This document shows, piece by piece, positions 26,958 to 37,205 of a stretch of 64,000 nt of DNA (the first letter of the stretch is position 1; every line of letters starts with the position of its first letter). The DNA is taken from NCBI GenBank assembly GCA_003280225.1, contig QCFO01000008.1, forward strand, positions 8,637 to 72,636. Direction: 5' to 3'. This DNA is from Prochlorococcus sp. AG-363-K07 (GTDB lineage Bacteria > Cyanobacteriota > Cyanobacteriia > PCC-6307 > Cyanobiaceae). The notes under the pieces were generated by a model that did no database searches, was not told the DNA's origin, and was given only the letters and a program-made list of their open reading frames with translations. The translations under genes and the position numbers were made by a program.

Positions 26958-29900
26958 TCAACATTCAGTCCTCTTCTGATTATTATCTGAAATTTCTTCT
27001 CCATATCCACCACCACCGGGAGTTTTGATCACAATCGCTTCACCAGTTTTGACTTCAATGCTTGCACATCCTGGTAATTCCTTCCTTTCTCGATTCCTGG
27101 TCTCAATGTAATTCTTTCCAGTTGCTCCGCACCCTCCTCCAGAAAGCCCGAATGGCGCTATACGTCTAGAGCTCGAAAGTATAGAGACAGTCATTGGTTT
27201 TAAAAAACGTATTTTTCTTATCAGCCCATTTCCTCCTTTCCATTTTCCTATGCCACCGCTGTTTCCTCTTATTTGAAAGATTTCTAGACGAACTGGATAG
27301 CGTTGTTCCAAGATCTCTGGATCAGTTAATCGTGAATTGGTCATATGGGTTTGAATTCCATCTGATCCATTAAACCCATTTCCCGCTCCACTACCTCCAG
27401 CAATAGTTTCGTAGTACTGCTTATTTTCATCTCCAAACGTAAGATTATTCATAGTTCCTTGACTAGCTGCTGTAGCATTAAATGCTCCAAGCAGTACGTT
27501 ACATAATGCTTGTGATGTTTCTACATTTCCGGCTACAACTGCAGAGGGAGATAGCGGATTTAATAGACTTCCTTCTGGAACAATAATTTTGAGGGGCTTA
27601 AAGCAACCTGAGTTTAGAGGTATATCATCGTCTAGTAGACAACGAATTACGTATAGCACTGATGATTTTGTTACGGCTAATGGTGCCTGAAAGTTACCGG
27701 TTGTTTGAGCTGAGGTGCTGGTGAAGTCTATAACTAACAAATTATTGCTTTTGTCAACCTTAATTTCTACGCCAATCTTTGCACCATTGTCTAGTTCGAC
27801 TGAGTAATTTCCATCCTCTAGAGTGGTAATTAATTTTTCTACTGATCTAATAGCATTCTTATGTAGATGGTTTATATATGCGTCGACTAAATTTTTACCC
27901 TCTTTCCTGATTAATTGTTGAAGCTCAAGGACTCCTAGCTGATTTGCCGCAACTTGTGCATGTAGATCAGCAATTAATTCCAGTTGATTTCTAGGAGGGT
28001 TTTCCCCTTTTGATAGGAGGTTCTCCCACTCTAAATGATCATATTTGCCATCTATTATAAATGTCTTGTTGCGAAGCAACAAACCTTCTTCTTCGATCCT
28101 TTTGCTAAAAGGAGGCATAGAGCCAGGTGTCACACCACCTATATCGGAATGGTGTCCACGAGAAGCAACATAGTATTGCGGTGACTTTCCCCCTGCAAAA
28201 ATTGGTGTAATTGCAGTGATATCTGGTAGGTGTGTACCCCCATGGAATGGATCGTTAGTTATTACTGTTTCCAATGGTTGAAGCTGTTTCTTTTTGCCGA
28301 TGGCAACTTGGCCAATTAGGTCTATGACTGAGTCGCTCATAGCTCCTAGATGGACAGGTATATGAGGCGCATTCGCAATTAATTCACCTTGAGAGTCAAA
28401 TATTGCGCAAGAAAAATCAAGCCTCTCACGAATATTTATAGAACGACTAGTCTGTCTGAGACGTTCGCCCATTTTCTCTGCTATACCACAAAAACGATGG
28501 TTAAATAGTTCGAGTAAAATTGGATCAGGCCTTTCTGTTGATTTTTTGTTCTGATTGGAGGATCTATATGAACTATTTTGATTTGAGGTTTGAAGTATAA
28601 GATTATTCTCAGAGTCAAGAGTTGCATTCCATCCTGACTCTAGTATTGTTGTACATGTCGAATCTAAAATTAGGGCGGGTCCTTTTAGAAAAGAATTCTC
28701 AGGAATATTTTGTCTCGTAATGCATGGTACCAATTGCCAGCCTGAATTGCTTATATGCATTCGAACCGTTTCTCTTGGAGTATGACGCTGTTTATCAACA
28801 TTCTTGCTAACAGTTTTATCTTTTGATGATGTCACCTCTTTGACTTCGATTTTGAGTCGTTCAATTATCAACAACTCATGATTTTGAGGCTTGTAGCCAA
28901 ATCTTTTTAAATGTTCTTTTTCAAATTGCGATTTTATTTTCTCTATCGTTGAATTATCTTGGAAGGATAATATTAATCCCTGATCTTTAGATTTATATCT
29001 AATCTCTATCCAAGCTTTCTCATTTGTCTGATACTCTTTAGCTGTAACTGTACATTTAGCTTTAGATTTTAAGGATAGTTTGGCTTTTTCAATTTCTTGT
29101 TTTATTAGTATTTGAACTTTCTTTAGTAAATCTTTGGTAAGTGGATGTTGTAGAACTATTGAAGAAAATTCAGTTTGACAAGCAACCCCTATCCCATATG
29201 CTGAAAGTACACCAGCAAAGGGATGAAGTAAGATTTTCTTTATCCCTAAGGCATCAGCTAGACGACATGCATGCCCACCTCCTGCGCCTCCATATGCCAC
29301 TAGTATTCCATTCCTAATATCATTTCCATTCATAATAGAAACTTGCTTGATTGCATTTGCCATGCGCTCCAAAGCAATTGTTAATGCTCCCTCCGCTATT
29401 TCTTCTGGAGTACTTCTTAATTTTTTAGCAAGCTCTTTAAAGGTCGCTACGACAACATGTAGATCAATATGTTGAGTACCGGATGACCCAAATAGTGCGG
29501 GGAAATTTTCTGATTGAAGCCTTCCCAGTAACACATTGGCATCCGTAATAGTTAATGGGCCTCCGTTTCTGTAGCAAGCTGGACCTGGATTTGAGCCCGC
29601 AGACCTTGGTCCTACTCTTAACCTCCCTTCTGTTTCAAAGATGATTGATCCACCTCCGGCAGCTACTGTATGAATTGGTAGCCTTGATGCCAATAATTTA
29701 TGTCCCCCAACCTCTGTTTCGTCCTCACGCTGTAAATTATCTATCTGATCTGGATCAACAAAAAAAACATCTGTTGATGTTCCACCCATGTCAAACCCGA
29801 TTATGGGACCACTACTATGATTTGACTTCTGAACAGCGACGAGCGCTCCTACCATGCCTCCTGCTGGTCCAGAAAGAATAGTATCTTTAGCAAGTAGATT

Positions 29901-30644
29901 ATCAGGGAGTAATAGCGCCCCACTTGAACCCATTATACGAAGTTTAGTAGTATTACCAATCCTATTAGCTACATCACTTAGATAATTATGGAGTATTGGA
30001 GATATAGATGCTTCAGTTAATGTTGTGCGTCCTCTAGGAATTATTCGGGGAAGTGGAGATACTTCGCATGAGCATATGACCGTTGAAAAGCCTTGGTTGA
30101 TAAGCCATTCTTTTAATTGCAATTCATGCGTAGGGTTGATGTATGAGTTTAAAAATGCAATCGCAATCGAAATTGTTTTATCACCTGCGTACCGTTGTAG
30201 TCTATCTTCAACTTCTTTGTCGATTGCTATAGGGACTATTTCAAAACCCTTTGAGTCAATTCTTCCTGAAACCTCCACTACATCATTGAATAGAGGTTTT
30301 GTTTTTTTTATTTCTAAGGAAAATAGATCAGGTCTGTGTTGATCACCAATTATGAGAAGATCTTTTAGGCCAGCATTACAGAAAAGGATAACTGGGTTTC
30401 CTAGATTTTCTAATAGAGTATTTGTCGCAACTGTTGTTCCAAGACGGACTTCTTTAAGGACTCCGAGAGGAATTGGTTTATTTGCTTCAAGTTCAAGAAT
30501 TCTTCGAATAGCATTAATAGAAGGGTCACCCTGTTTGCCAGGTTGTTCTGATAGAACCTTCTGAACTATTTGCTCACCACGCTCATTAGTACCTATTAAA
30601 TCAGTGAAAGTACCTCCTCTATCAATCCAAAACTCCCAAGCCAT
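26958..30644 (-). CDS. Fused hydantoinase A/B family protein, 5-oxoprolinase (ATP-hydrolysing)-like
   Basis: It is 1228 aa. The N-terminus WIDRGGTFTDLIG is typical of the HyuA/oxoprolinase N-domain. The C-terminal HyuB-type half contains DPFHGGTHLPDIT. Confidence 0.9.
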   Translation of the reverse strand: MAWEFWIDRGGTFTDLIGTNERGEQIVQKVLSEQPGKQGDPSINAIRRILELEANKPIPLGVLKEVRLGTTVATNTLLENLGNPVILFCNAGLKDLLIIGDQHRPDLFSLEIKKTKPLFNDVVEVSGRIDSKGFEIVPIAIDKEVEDRLQRYAGDKTISIAIAFLNSYINPTHELQLKEWLINQGFSTVICSCEVSPLPRIIPRGRTTLTEASISPILHNYLSDVANRIGNTTKLRIMGSSGALLLPDNLLAKDTILSGPAGGMVGALVAVQKSNHSSGPIIGFDMGGTSTDVFFVDPDQIDNLQREDETEVGGHKLLASRLPIHTVAAGGGSIIFETEGRLRVGPRSAGSNPGPACYRNGGPLTITDANVLLGRLQSENFPALFGSSGTQHIDLHVVVATFKELAKKLRSTPEEIAEGALTIALERMANAIKQVSIMNGNDIRNGILVAYGGAGGGHACRLADALGIKKILLHPFAGVLSAYGIGVACQTEFSSIVLQHPLTKDLLKKVQILIKQEIEKAKLSLKSKAKCTVTAKEYQTNEKAWIEIRYKSKDQGLILSFQDNSTIEKIKSQFEKEHLKRFGYKPQNHELLIIERLKIEVKEVTSSKDKTVSKNVDKQRHTPRETVRMHISNSGWQLVPCITRQNIPENSFLKGPALILDSTCTTILESGWNATLDSENNLILQTSNQNSSYRSSNQNKKSTERPDPILLELFNHRFCGIAEKMGERLRQTSRSINIRERLDFSCAIFDSQGELIANAPHIPVHLGAMSDSVIDLIGQVAIGKKKQLQPLETVITNDPFHGGTHLPDITAITPIFAGGKSPQYYVASRGHHSDIGGVTPGSMPPFSKRIEEEGLLLRNKTFIIDGKYDHLEWENLLSKGENPPRNQLELIADLHAQVAANQLGVLELQQLIRKEGKNLVDAYINHLHKNAIRSVEKLITTLEDGNYSVELDNGAKIGVEIKVDKSNNLLVIDFTSTSAQTTGNFQAPLAVTKSSVLYVIRCLLDDDIPLNSGCFKPLKIIVPEGSLLNPLSPSAVVAGNVETSQALCNVLLGAFNATAASQGTMNNLTFGDENKQYYETIAGGSGAGNGFNGSDGIQTHMTNSRLTDPEILEQRYPVRLEIFQIRGNSGGIGKWKGGNGLIRKIRFLKPMTVSILSSSRRIAPFGLSGGGCGATGKNYIETRNRERKELPGCASIEVKTGEAIVIKTPGGGGYGEEISDNNQKRTEC

Positions 30645-30859
30645 ACTAGTAGAGGATTTAACTAAACAAAGTTTTGATCGTGGTTTTGACTTTAATTGGA
30701 TGAGCCCTATTTATTTCTTTTTTACTCTAAATGTTATAAAGTTATTTGCGATGAAATATTAAAAGATATAGATCTCAATATTATAAGAATAGATATTGAT
30801 AGTTATTCTTAGTCTATCTTAATGTTTGTGATTCTAGGAGTTTTTGATTTTATACTTGT

Positions 30860-32047
30860 TTATATAGTTCCAGCCGTTTTAAGGTCATTTTGGAAATTGC
30901 TTTCAAAAGAAAGGACTCGAGACCAAGACGGCAATTGCTTCGTGATAGGAGATTTTAAAAACTCATTTGCTGATGGTTTAATTAGACTTGAAAATCTATG
31001 TACGATTAATTCCTCTGCATGGCGATCGTAAGGTATTTCATTTATAGCTGAGTCAATTGCAAATTGCTGAACCCTTTCTTCGCCAATCTGAGTATATAAG
31101 ACTTCTAAAGTAGACAACTGAGACGTGGTTAGTAACTGCGATTGATTTTCCATTAATCCTCTGAGTATTGTTGTGAATATCTCAGAGCACATTCGCTGTA
31201 ACCCCTGATTAGATGAATTTCCTATTGATTGGTGTTTGTGATCAAACAATCCTAGGTCTACTTGAGCAATTTGACTCATTTGAACTTTTCTGTAGACCTC
31301 AGATAAAAGACCTATTTCTAGTTCCCAGTTACATGGAATTCGTAGATTTATTGCCAAGTCCTTTGAGAAGGCAAACTCTCCAGAAAGTGGATATCTAAAG
31401 GCTTGTAGGTATTGAAGGTATGGTCCAGATCCCAAGAGTTTCTCTAGACCGGTAAGTAGAGGGCCAACAAATAATCGAGTTACTCGACCTTGCATTGAAT
31501 TGTTTTCATGTGAAAGCCGACTATAAAAAGCTTTTACATAAGAAAGTCCGTGTGAATTGTCCAGTAAAGGTTGTAAAAGCCTTAGTGGGTAAGAAGGTTT
31601 AAAAGTTTTGATGTCTGCGTCAAATAGGCCAATCACATCAGATGTCTGAGAGGCAATACCAATCCCCTGCCATACAGCCCACCCCTTACCTTGAGGTACT
31701 ACAAGTTCTAGTCCATTTTGTTCTTGAATTTCTAAAAGATCAAGAACAGCAGGGCTATCTGTCCACTGTACATGGACAGGGAAAGGCATATCCTGAAAAA
31801 ATGCTTTTGCCTGTTGTGCTTGGTTTATTGAAGTCGCAGAAAGGGCAATCACCAATTTATTTAGCCCAGCTAACTCTTTAAGGCAATTTTTAATGGTAGT
31901 TAGTGCTGGCTTGCTAAATTCTTCAAAAAGACAGGGGATTAAAATACTTGTTGGCCTTTTATTTAGATTCGCAAGTAGATTCTCCTTAGACCCAGATGTA
32001 ACCCCATATTCGTGGATCGTTGTGATCAGTCCTTGTTGGAAGTCCAT
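30860..32047 (-). CDS. gpgS: Glucosyl-3-phosphoglycerate synthase-like glycosyltransferase (MPGS/GpgS family)
   Basis: It has the motifs GKGWAVWQGIGIA...IGLFDADIKTF (DxD), GRVTRLFVGPLL and LSGEFAF, and is collinear with the mannosyl/glucosyl-3-phosphoglycerate synthases I recall. It is divergent from a MPGP-family phosphatase gene. Confidence 0.7.
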   Translation of the reverse strand: MDFQQGLITTIHEYGVTSGSKENLLANLNKRPTSILIPCLFEEFSKPALTTIKNCLKELAGLNKLVIALSATSINQAQQAKAFFQDMPFPVHVQWTDSPAVLDLLEIQEQNGLELVVPQGKGWAVWQGIGIASQTSDVIGLFDADIKTFKPSYPLRLLQPLLDNSHGLSYVKAFYSRLSHENNSMQGRVTRLFVGPLLTGLEKLLGSGPYLQYLQAFRYPLSGEFAFSKDLAINLRIPCNWELEIGLLSEVYRKVQMSQIAQVDLGLFDHKHQSIGNSSNQGLQRMCSEIFTTILRGLMENQSQLLTTSQLSTLEVLYTQIGEERVQQFAIDSAINEIPYDRHAEELIVHRFSSLIKPSANEFLKSPITKQLPSWSRVLSFESNFQNDLKTAGTI

Positions 32048-32243
32048 TTGATGAGAAAAACAACAAAGTTGAAAGCCTTAATAGCTAAATTTTGGGCATA
32101 CCAAACATTGTGAATGGTATTCAGCTTTGGAAAGACAGCTATATGGGCTGAAGAATTTACTCAGAACTGTCTATAAGCATGTACCTGAGAAGAAAGTTGA
32201 GTTGGCTTTCCAAGAATTACCGCAGATTTTGCCCCATAGTTAG

Positions 32244-32257
32244 GTAAAGACTACTAC
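32244..32257. promoter_or_regulatory. NtcA-box-like palindrome GTA-N8-TAC in the gpgS / gpgP divergent intergenic region
   Basis: The sequence GTAAAGACTACTAC is read directly. The motif is short and expected by chance many times in 64 kb. Confidence 0.15.
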
Positions 32258-32773
32258 GTACTCAAGTTGATCAATTATGAGATTCTTCTATAGCAGTTTT
32301 GATTACTTACGCAGATATTGTTATTAGTGTTGGCCAGCTTTCTATCTGCAATCTATTTTGGAATCAGAAAATGATTTTTATAAATTTGGAATGGCGGGGT
32401 ATCGTAGAGATATAAACCGTCAACGATCTAAAGCAAAAAGTTATTTTGACTTTGGAAAATGCTGAGTCTAAAGTAAGTCAGAAGCTTAGTTTTTATGCCA
32501 CGCAATGTATATTAGGAGTCAAGCGCAAGCCTTTTATCCAGAATCCGTAATGAGTTCTTATAATAGACGCACTGAAAAATTGATTATATTTTCTAGGGGG
32601 CAAGATAGAGAGTCAGTCTACGTAGTTCATAATATTAGTGATTTAATAATTCAATTTCATACAAGATTGCTGAGTAAACTAAATAACCTTCAACAAATTC
32701 TCTTGTTGAAGGATGTGCTGACTAATATCAAATTTATTGATCCATTCTTTGTGTTGAAGCCATATTCTGTTCA

Positions 32774-33598
32774 TTGCTCTTTAAAATGTCTTGCATTATG
32801 AAAAATTCTTCTCATTGGTGGATAGTTACTGATTTAGACGGAACATTGATGGATGATAATTACGAAATCAATGATGCATTAGCTACATTATCTATCCTCA
32901 AATCTTATAATATTCCAGTAATTCCATGTACTAGCAAAACAGCTTCAGAAGTAAGGAACTTTCGTGAGAAGTTTAATCTGACTGACCCTTATATAGTTGA
33001 GAATGGCGCATCTATTTATGGTAATGATCCGGAATCAAATTCAGAGTGGGAGCTATCCCTAGGTAGTTCTTATGACTCTTTGCGAACAATTCTGTCTAAG
33101 CTTGAAGGTGAGTTTGGGCATACATTGATGGCACTAAATGACCTTACTAAATTAGAAATAGTAGAGCTTACAGGATTAGATATGAAGTCAGTTGAACTAT
33201 GTTGTGATAGGTATTGGAGTGTCCCTTTCCTTAACCCTCATGTTGACGCATTGGGTGAATTAAACCGTCTAGCCTCCAAATACGATACAAAGGTTCTTCA
33301 AGGTAATCGGATGAGTCACTTGGTCAGTAAACATACTGATAAAGGTAGGGCTCTTTTGGAACTTAAGCAATTTCTATCGAACCCTACTGTAATTACTATT
33401 GGACTTGGTGATTCGCCTAATGATCTACCACTTCTCGATATCTCTGATATTTCTATTGTTGTCCCAGGTAAGAATGGACCTCACCCTGAAATGCTTACGG
33501 GCATACAAGAGAGACGCTATATTCTTGCTCCGGCTTCTCATTCACTTGGATGGTCTTTGGCTATTAGAAGTTGTTTAGATCAACATATTAAGTTTTAA
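32774..33598 (+). CDS. gpgP: HAD-IIB phosphatase of the mannosyl/glucosyl-3-phosphoglycerate phosphatase family
   Basis: It has WWIVTDLDGTLMDD (the DxDGT nucleophile motif), IPCTSKTASE and GLGDSPNDLPLL. Start choice is among 32774, 32786 and 32798. Confidence 0.7.
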   Translation: MLFKMSCIMKNSSHWWIVTDLDGTLMDDNYEINDALATLSILKSYNIPVIPCTSKTASEVRNFREKFNLTDPYIVENGASIYGNDPESNSEWELSLGSSYDSLRTILSKLEGEFGHTLMALNDLTKLEIVELTGLDMKSVELCCDRYWSVPFLNPHVDALGELNRLASKYDTKVLQGNRMSHLVSKHTDKGRALLELKQFLSNPTVITIGLGDSPNDLPLLDISDISIVVPGKNGPHPEMLTGIQERRYILAPASHSLGWSLAIRSCLDQHIKF

Positions 33599-33604
33599 TT
33601 ATAT

Positions 33605-34609
33605 ATGACTGATAATCAACAATTAAATCTTTTTTCTTTTTATTCACCTTGGTCCGTTCCAGATGAAAATGAAATCGGATTTTCACTTCTTGAGTATGAA
33701 TCTTTATTATACGAATTGGGATATAATGAGCCTCTTAAGTGGGCTAATCAATGGATTGCTTTGGGTGGTTCAAGTTTTAATTCAAATGTTTGGCCCGCAA
33801 GTACAAAATTTGATTGGGTATGGGGAATTGGTTTTCCGCTCTTAACTGATTTAGCAAATCACCTTGCGACCTCAAGCTATCGACACATAATTGGACTTAG
33901 TGGTCTCCCTGGTACTGGTAAGACAAGCCTTGGTAAATGGCTTGAGGCGGCTTCAAAAGCGCTTAATTGTTCTATTTGTGTGATTTCCATTGATGATTTT
34001 TATTTACCCTCTTGTGAACTTGTTAAAGCAATGGAAGGGAATCCATGGAATGTCCCTAGAGGTCTACCTGGAAGTCATGACATCAAGCTCCTAAAAGAAA
34101 CACTAGTTAGGTGGCTTAATACTGGAGAACTTTTATCTCCTCAGTTTGACAAGGCTCTAAGAGGAGGTTGTGGTGATCGTTCTGGATGGAGGAAATTTAA
34201 GCCACAAATACTTGTTATTGAAGGATGGTTTCTTGGTTGCCATGATTTGGTATCACAGAAATCTTCTTTATCTAAAAATTCTTTAATCCCACCGTTAAGT
34301 ACTGCCGAAAAAAGTTACAGAGAGCTTGTACAGATTTCTTTAAGAGAGTATTTGCCAATTTGGGAAATATTTACTCGTATATGGCATTTACGTCCTGAAC
34401 ATTTTCACTATGCTGCATCCTGGAAAGAGCAGCAAGAAAAGCAGATGATGAATGAGAGAGGCGCTGCTTTAAATGGAGCTGACCTTAATGCTTTCATCCG
34501 TATGATTTTTTCGGCTATACCTCAAGAATCAATCATCAATATTCCCGCTAATGTTGTTGTAAATCTCAATGAGGATCGTAGTATCAACTCTATAGGAATT
34601 CCTTCTTAA
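33605..34609 (+). CDS. P-loop D-glycerate 3-kinase (plant/cyanobacterial GLYK type)
   Basis: It has GLSGLPGTGKTSLGKWL (P-loop), ISIDDFYL, FDKALRGGCGDRSGW and LVIEGWFLGC. It starts 6 nt after gpgP. Confidence 0.75.
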   Translation: MTDNQQLNLFSFYSPWSVPDENEIGFSLLEYESLLYELGYNEPLKWANQWIALGGSSFNSNVWPASTKFDWVWGIGFPLLTDLANHLATSSYRHIIGLSGLPGTGKTSLGKWLEAASKALNCSICVISIDDFYLPSCELVKAMEGNPWNVPRGLPGSHDIKLLKETLVRWLNTGELLSPQFDKALRGGCGDRSGWRKFKPQILVIEGWFLGCHDLVSQKSSLSKNSLIPPLSTAEKSYRELVQISLREYLPIWEIFTRIWHLRPEHFHYAASWKEQQEKQMMNERGAALNGADLNAFIRMIFSAIPQESIINIPANVVVNLNEDRSINSIGIPS

Positions 34610-34952
34610 TGATTTAGAAACGAAAATAGTCAGGAGATATTTCTATAATCAGAATATAACTTCTAGTGGAAATACAAAAGGTAAGATATTTTCACTGCTA
34701 TTTCTTGTTCTAGAATCCTTTTCACTTTGTATTAATATAAGTAACCAGTATCTAGCCTTTTGTTTCATGAGAAGTGATTTCCTTGGTATTAAAAAATCTT
34801 CCGCTTCAATTATTCCTACTCGTTCTTGCTCTTTAGTAGGTGTTAGCCTCCATATAATTGGACAGGTTTCCCTTCTTGATTAAAGTAGAAGTTACAGAGG
34901 TATAAATCAATTTAAGGATGCCCACCTCGTTTTGTTTCACCACCCCCTGATT

Positions 34953-35303
34953 ATGTTTAACTTACTTGCACTGGGACCTCTCGCGATTTCGGGCCTCTTA
35001 GTTGGAGGAATTTTGCTAACAGTTTCTGTTTTATATTTACTATTGAAGGATCAAGCTTCTATCAAAGCCTCTGATGGAACAAGTTTTCAAACTGAGGAGG
35101 CGTGTCAAGCCTACGAAGACCTTTTGGATAAAATTAAGATTCTATTTGAGGAGGACTTAACCAAAAGTTCTAAAGCAGAAAATCGCTTAGGGTTCAAGCC
35201 TACATTTTTAAGACGTTTACAAGCGGAGGGTTTTAATGATGCTAAATCACTAATCACTTATAGAGAAGAATTTAAAAAACTCTCAGACTTATTAAGTCTG
35301 TAA
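34953..35303 (+). CDS. Hypothetical N-terminally anchored protein
   Basis: The TM segment is MFNLLALGPLAISGLLVGGILLTVSVLYLLL, followed by a charged helical tail. Confidence 0.5.
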   Translation: MFNLLALGPLAISGLLVGGILLTVSVLYLLLKDQASIKASDGTSFQTEEACQAYEDLLDKIKILFEEDLTKSSKAENRLGFKPTFLRRLQAEGFNDAKSLITYREEFKKLSDLLSL

Positions 35304-35384
35304 TCCTAGAAAAATTTTCCGCTGCTGAATTTCCTACGACTTATCTGAAAGGATAAACAAAATAGTTTATTTAGTATTACTTCA

Positions 35385-35993
35385 TTATCTTCCTGGCATT
35401 GCTGGCTTATAAGATTCCCCCCGATCAGCGCATTCTAGACTTTCCTTTGTTGATATTCCTGTTGTTGGGTTAACCCCTTCAGCAATTTTGCAAAGATTTT
35501 TTTGGTCGTCACTATCTAGTACTGCGAAGGTAAAGTCAGCACCCTCAATTCTCGCTCCAGCAAAACTACTACCAGAAGCAATCATATTTGTTAGAATTGC
35601 GTTACGCAGATCTGTTTTTTGGAAATTGACTCTGTCAGAAAGAGTGTCTTTTAGATTAATTCCTTGAAGATTAGAGCCTTTTAGATCAGAAAGAGTCAGA
35701 ACCGTACCGTGGAGATCCACTCCACTGAAATTTGCATCTCTTGCGACAGCTCCAGCGATTGACGATTTGGAGAGGTCTTGGTCATGAAAGTCAAATCCGG
35801 TTATGTCCGATCGGACATAATTTGGCACCTCTTCACCTTGCTCAAGTCTTGCCTGAACTGGAGAAATGAAGGCAAGAAAAACGATTAATCCAGTCAACAC
35901 AAGTGTTGTTAAAAGGTTCTTTACCTGATCTTCCCTCATGTGCCTTTCTAAAACACCTATATTTTGCCTTGATGAGCTGACTTGAGTAAACAA
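35385..35993 (-). CDS. Pentapeptide-repeat protein with N-terminal TM/signal segment (thylakoid-lumen type)
   Basis: It shows runs of A(D/N)LxX pentapeptides (ANFSGVDLHGTVLTLSDLKGSNLQGINLKDTLSDRVNFQKTDLRNAIL). Confidence 0.8.
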   Translation of the reverse strand: MFTQVSSSRQNIGVLERHMREDQVKNLLTTLVLTGLIVFLAFISPVQARLEQGEEVPNYVRSDITGFDFHDQDLSKSSIAGAVARDANFSGVDLHGTVLTLSDLKGSNLQGINLKDTLSDRVNFQKTDLRNAILTNMIASGSSFAGARIEGADFTFAVLDSDDQKNLCKIAEGVNPTTGISTKESLECADRGESYKPAMPGR

Positions 35994-36266
35994 GATCCAA
36001 ATATAGATAAAACCTTTTACCTACTCTTAGCCTTGATCTCTTTAGATCGTCGTAAATCTCGCCTTTACCCTTTTAACACTCGTCAAGAAAAAATGCCTTA
36101 TGTAAACCCTAGCTGCAGGCTCCTAGATACCTAGATCTACACACAATTCAAGTTTGTAGGAGCAGAAGACACCTTTAAGAACCATTGAGTTATAAAACTG
36201 GTTTAAAATCTTGCTTGACCTGCCATCCCTTGTTACGTAGGATCTTCGTGCTCCTTTAACTGTCGT

Positions 36267-36392
36267 ATGGACTTCAGACTAGTAATAGTTCTAGCACCGA
36301 TAATCGCTTCTGCTGCCTGGACTGCCTTTTGGTTGACTCGTTGGGGGATCTTTACCTGGGATATTCCAGCACTTTTAAAAGGGGATTCCTAG
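36267..36392 (+). CDS. psbY: Photosystem II protein Y-like micro-ORF (41 aa), absent from the ORF track
   Basis: Hand translation gives MDFRLVIVLAPIIASAAWTAFWLTRWGIFTWDIPALLKGDS. The N-terminal MD-RL-V--PI-----W--F pattern matches the PsbY sequences I recall. The C-terminal half is divergent. Confidence 0.45.
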   Translation: MDFRLVIVLAPIIASAAWTAFWLTRWGIFTWDIPALLKGDS

Positions 36393-36663
36393 GAGTTTTA
36401 TCAGTAACTCTCCCAAGCATATAAACCCTTCTCATTACAGAAAGGAAACACTAAATCCTATGAATTTCATTAGGATGGTAGATAATAATGTGAATTTTAT
36501 TGCCTCAAATAAAAAAACACAGCATATTTCGTATGAAAGATCTTTACAATAAATTCACCTGTAAGTTCATATAATTAGCTATTGCAGTATAACCAAAAAT
36601 CCTAAGTTTTTAATTATACTGGAATATGGCCTTGCCTAATTAGGATCTTCTGGAACTTGTCCT

Positions 36664-36909
36664 ATGACTAAAAAGCAGCTTTTTGGCATCTGCTATGTAT
36701 CTGTATGGGTTGTCCTTTGGGGAAGCATAGGATCATTGATTGATTTACCTTTTCTTAATTCAGGTATTTATCAACCTGCTTCAATAGGGCAAGCAACTAC
36801 ATTTACAGTTACAGCTATTATTTCGATCTTGCTAGCGGTTTGGCTCTATCCCAAGGTCCTTTCATTCCCATTCCTTGTAGCTGCACTAGGTCTTGACACT
36901 GAGTCTTAG
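36664..36909 (+). CDS. Hypothetical two-TM membrane protein (81 aa)
   Basis: The TM segments are FGICYVSVWVVLWGSIGSLI and TFTVTAIISILLAVWLY. Confidence 0.5.
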   Translation: MTKKQLFGICYVSVWVVLWGSIGSLIDLPFLNSGIYQPASIGQATTFTVTAIISILLAVWLYPKVLSFPFLVAALGLDTES

Positions 36910-37205
36910 AAACTATTTTTAGTTTGATTATTAAATTGTTAACCGTTAATAATTCTTTGAACTAATAATATTACATGAGGGTTAGATAATGACAATTAAT
37001 AGAATGAGAGATTTTCAATGATTCTATTTTAATTTGTTTCTGCTTAATAGTCATGCAAGCATTTTCGATTCCAATGAAAGATCTTAGGTTATTCTTATTT
37101 TATCGATCTGATTCCATACCACGATCAAAATTATTGTTTATTTGCTATTCCCAAAATTAGCTGTGCCTGCATTAAATAAGCTATAATTAAGAAAAAATCA
37201 AACCT

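Noticed and set aside
32505-32801. 98-aa ORF in the gpgS/gpgP intergenic region.
   Set aside because: It overlaps the gpgP start. It has AT-rich, low-complexity composition (many I/L/K/N/S) and no family resemblance.
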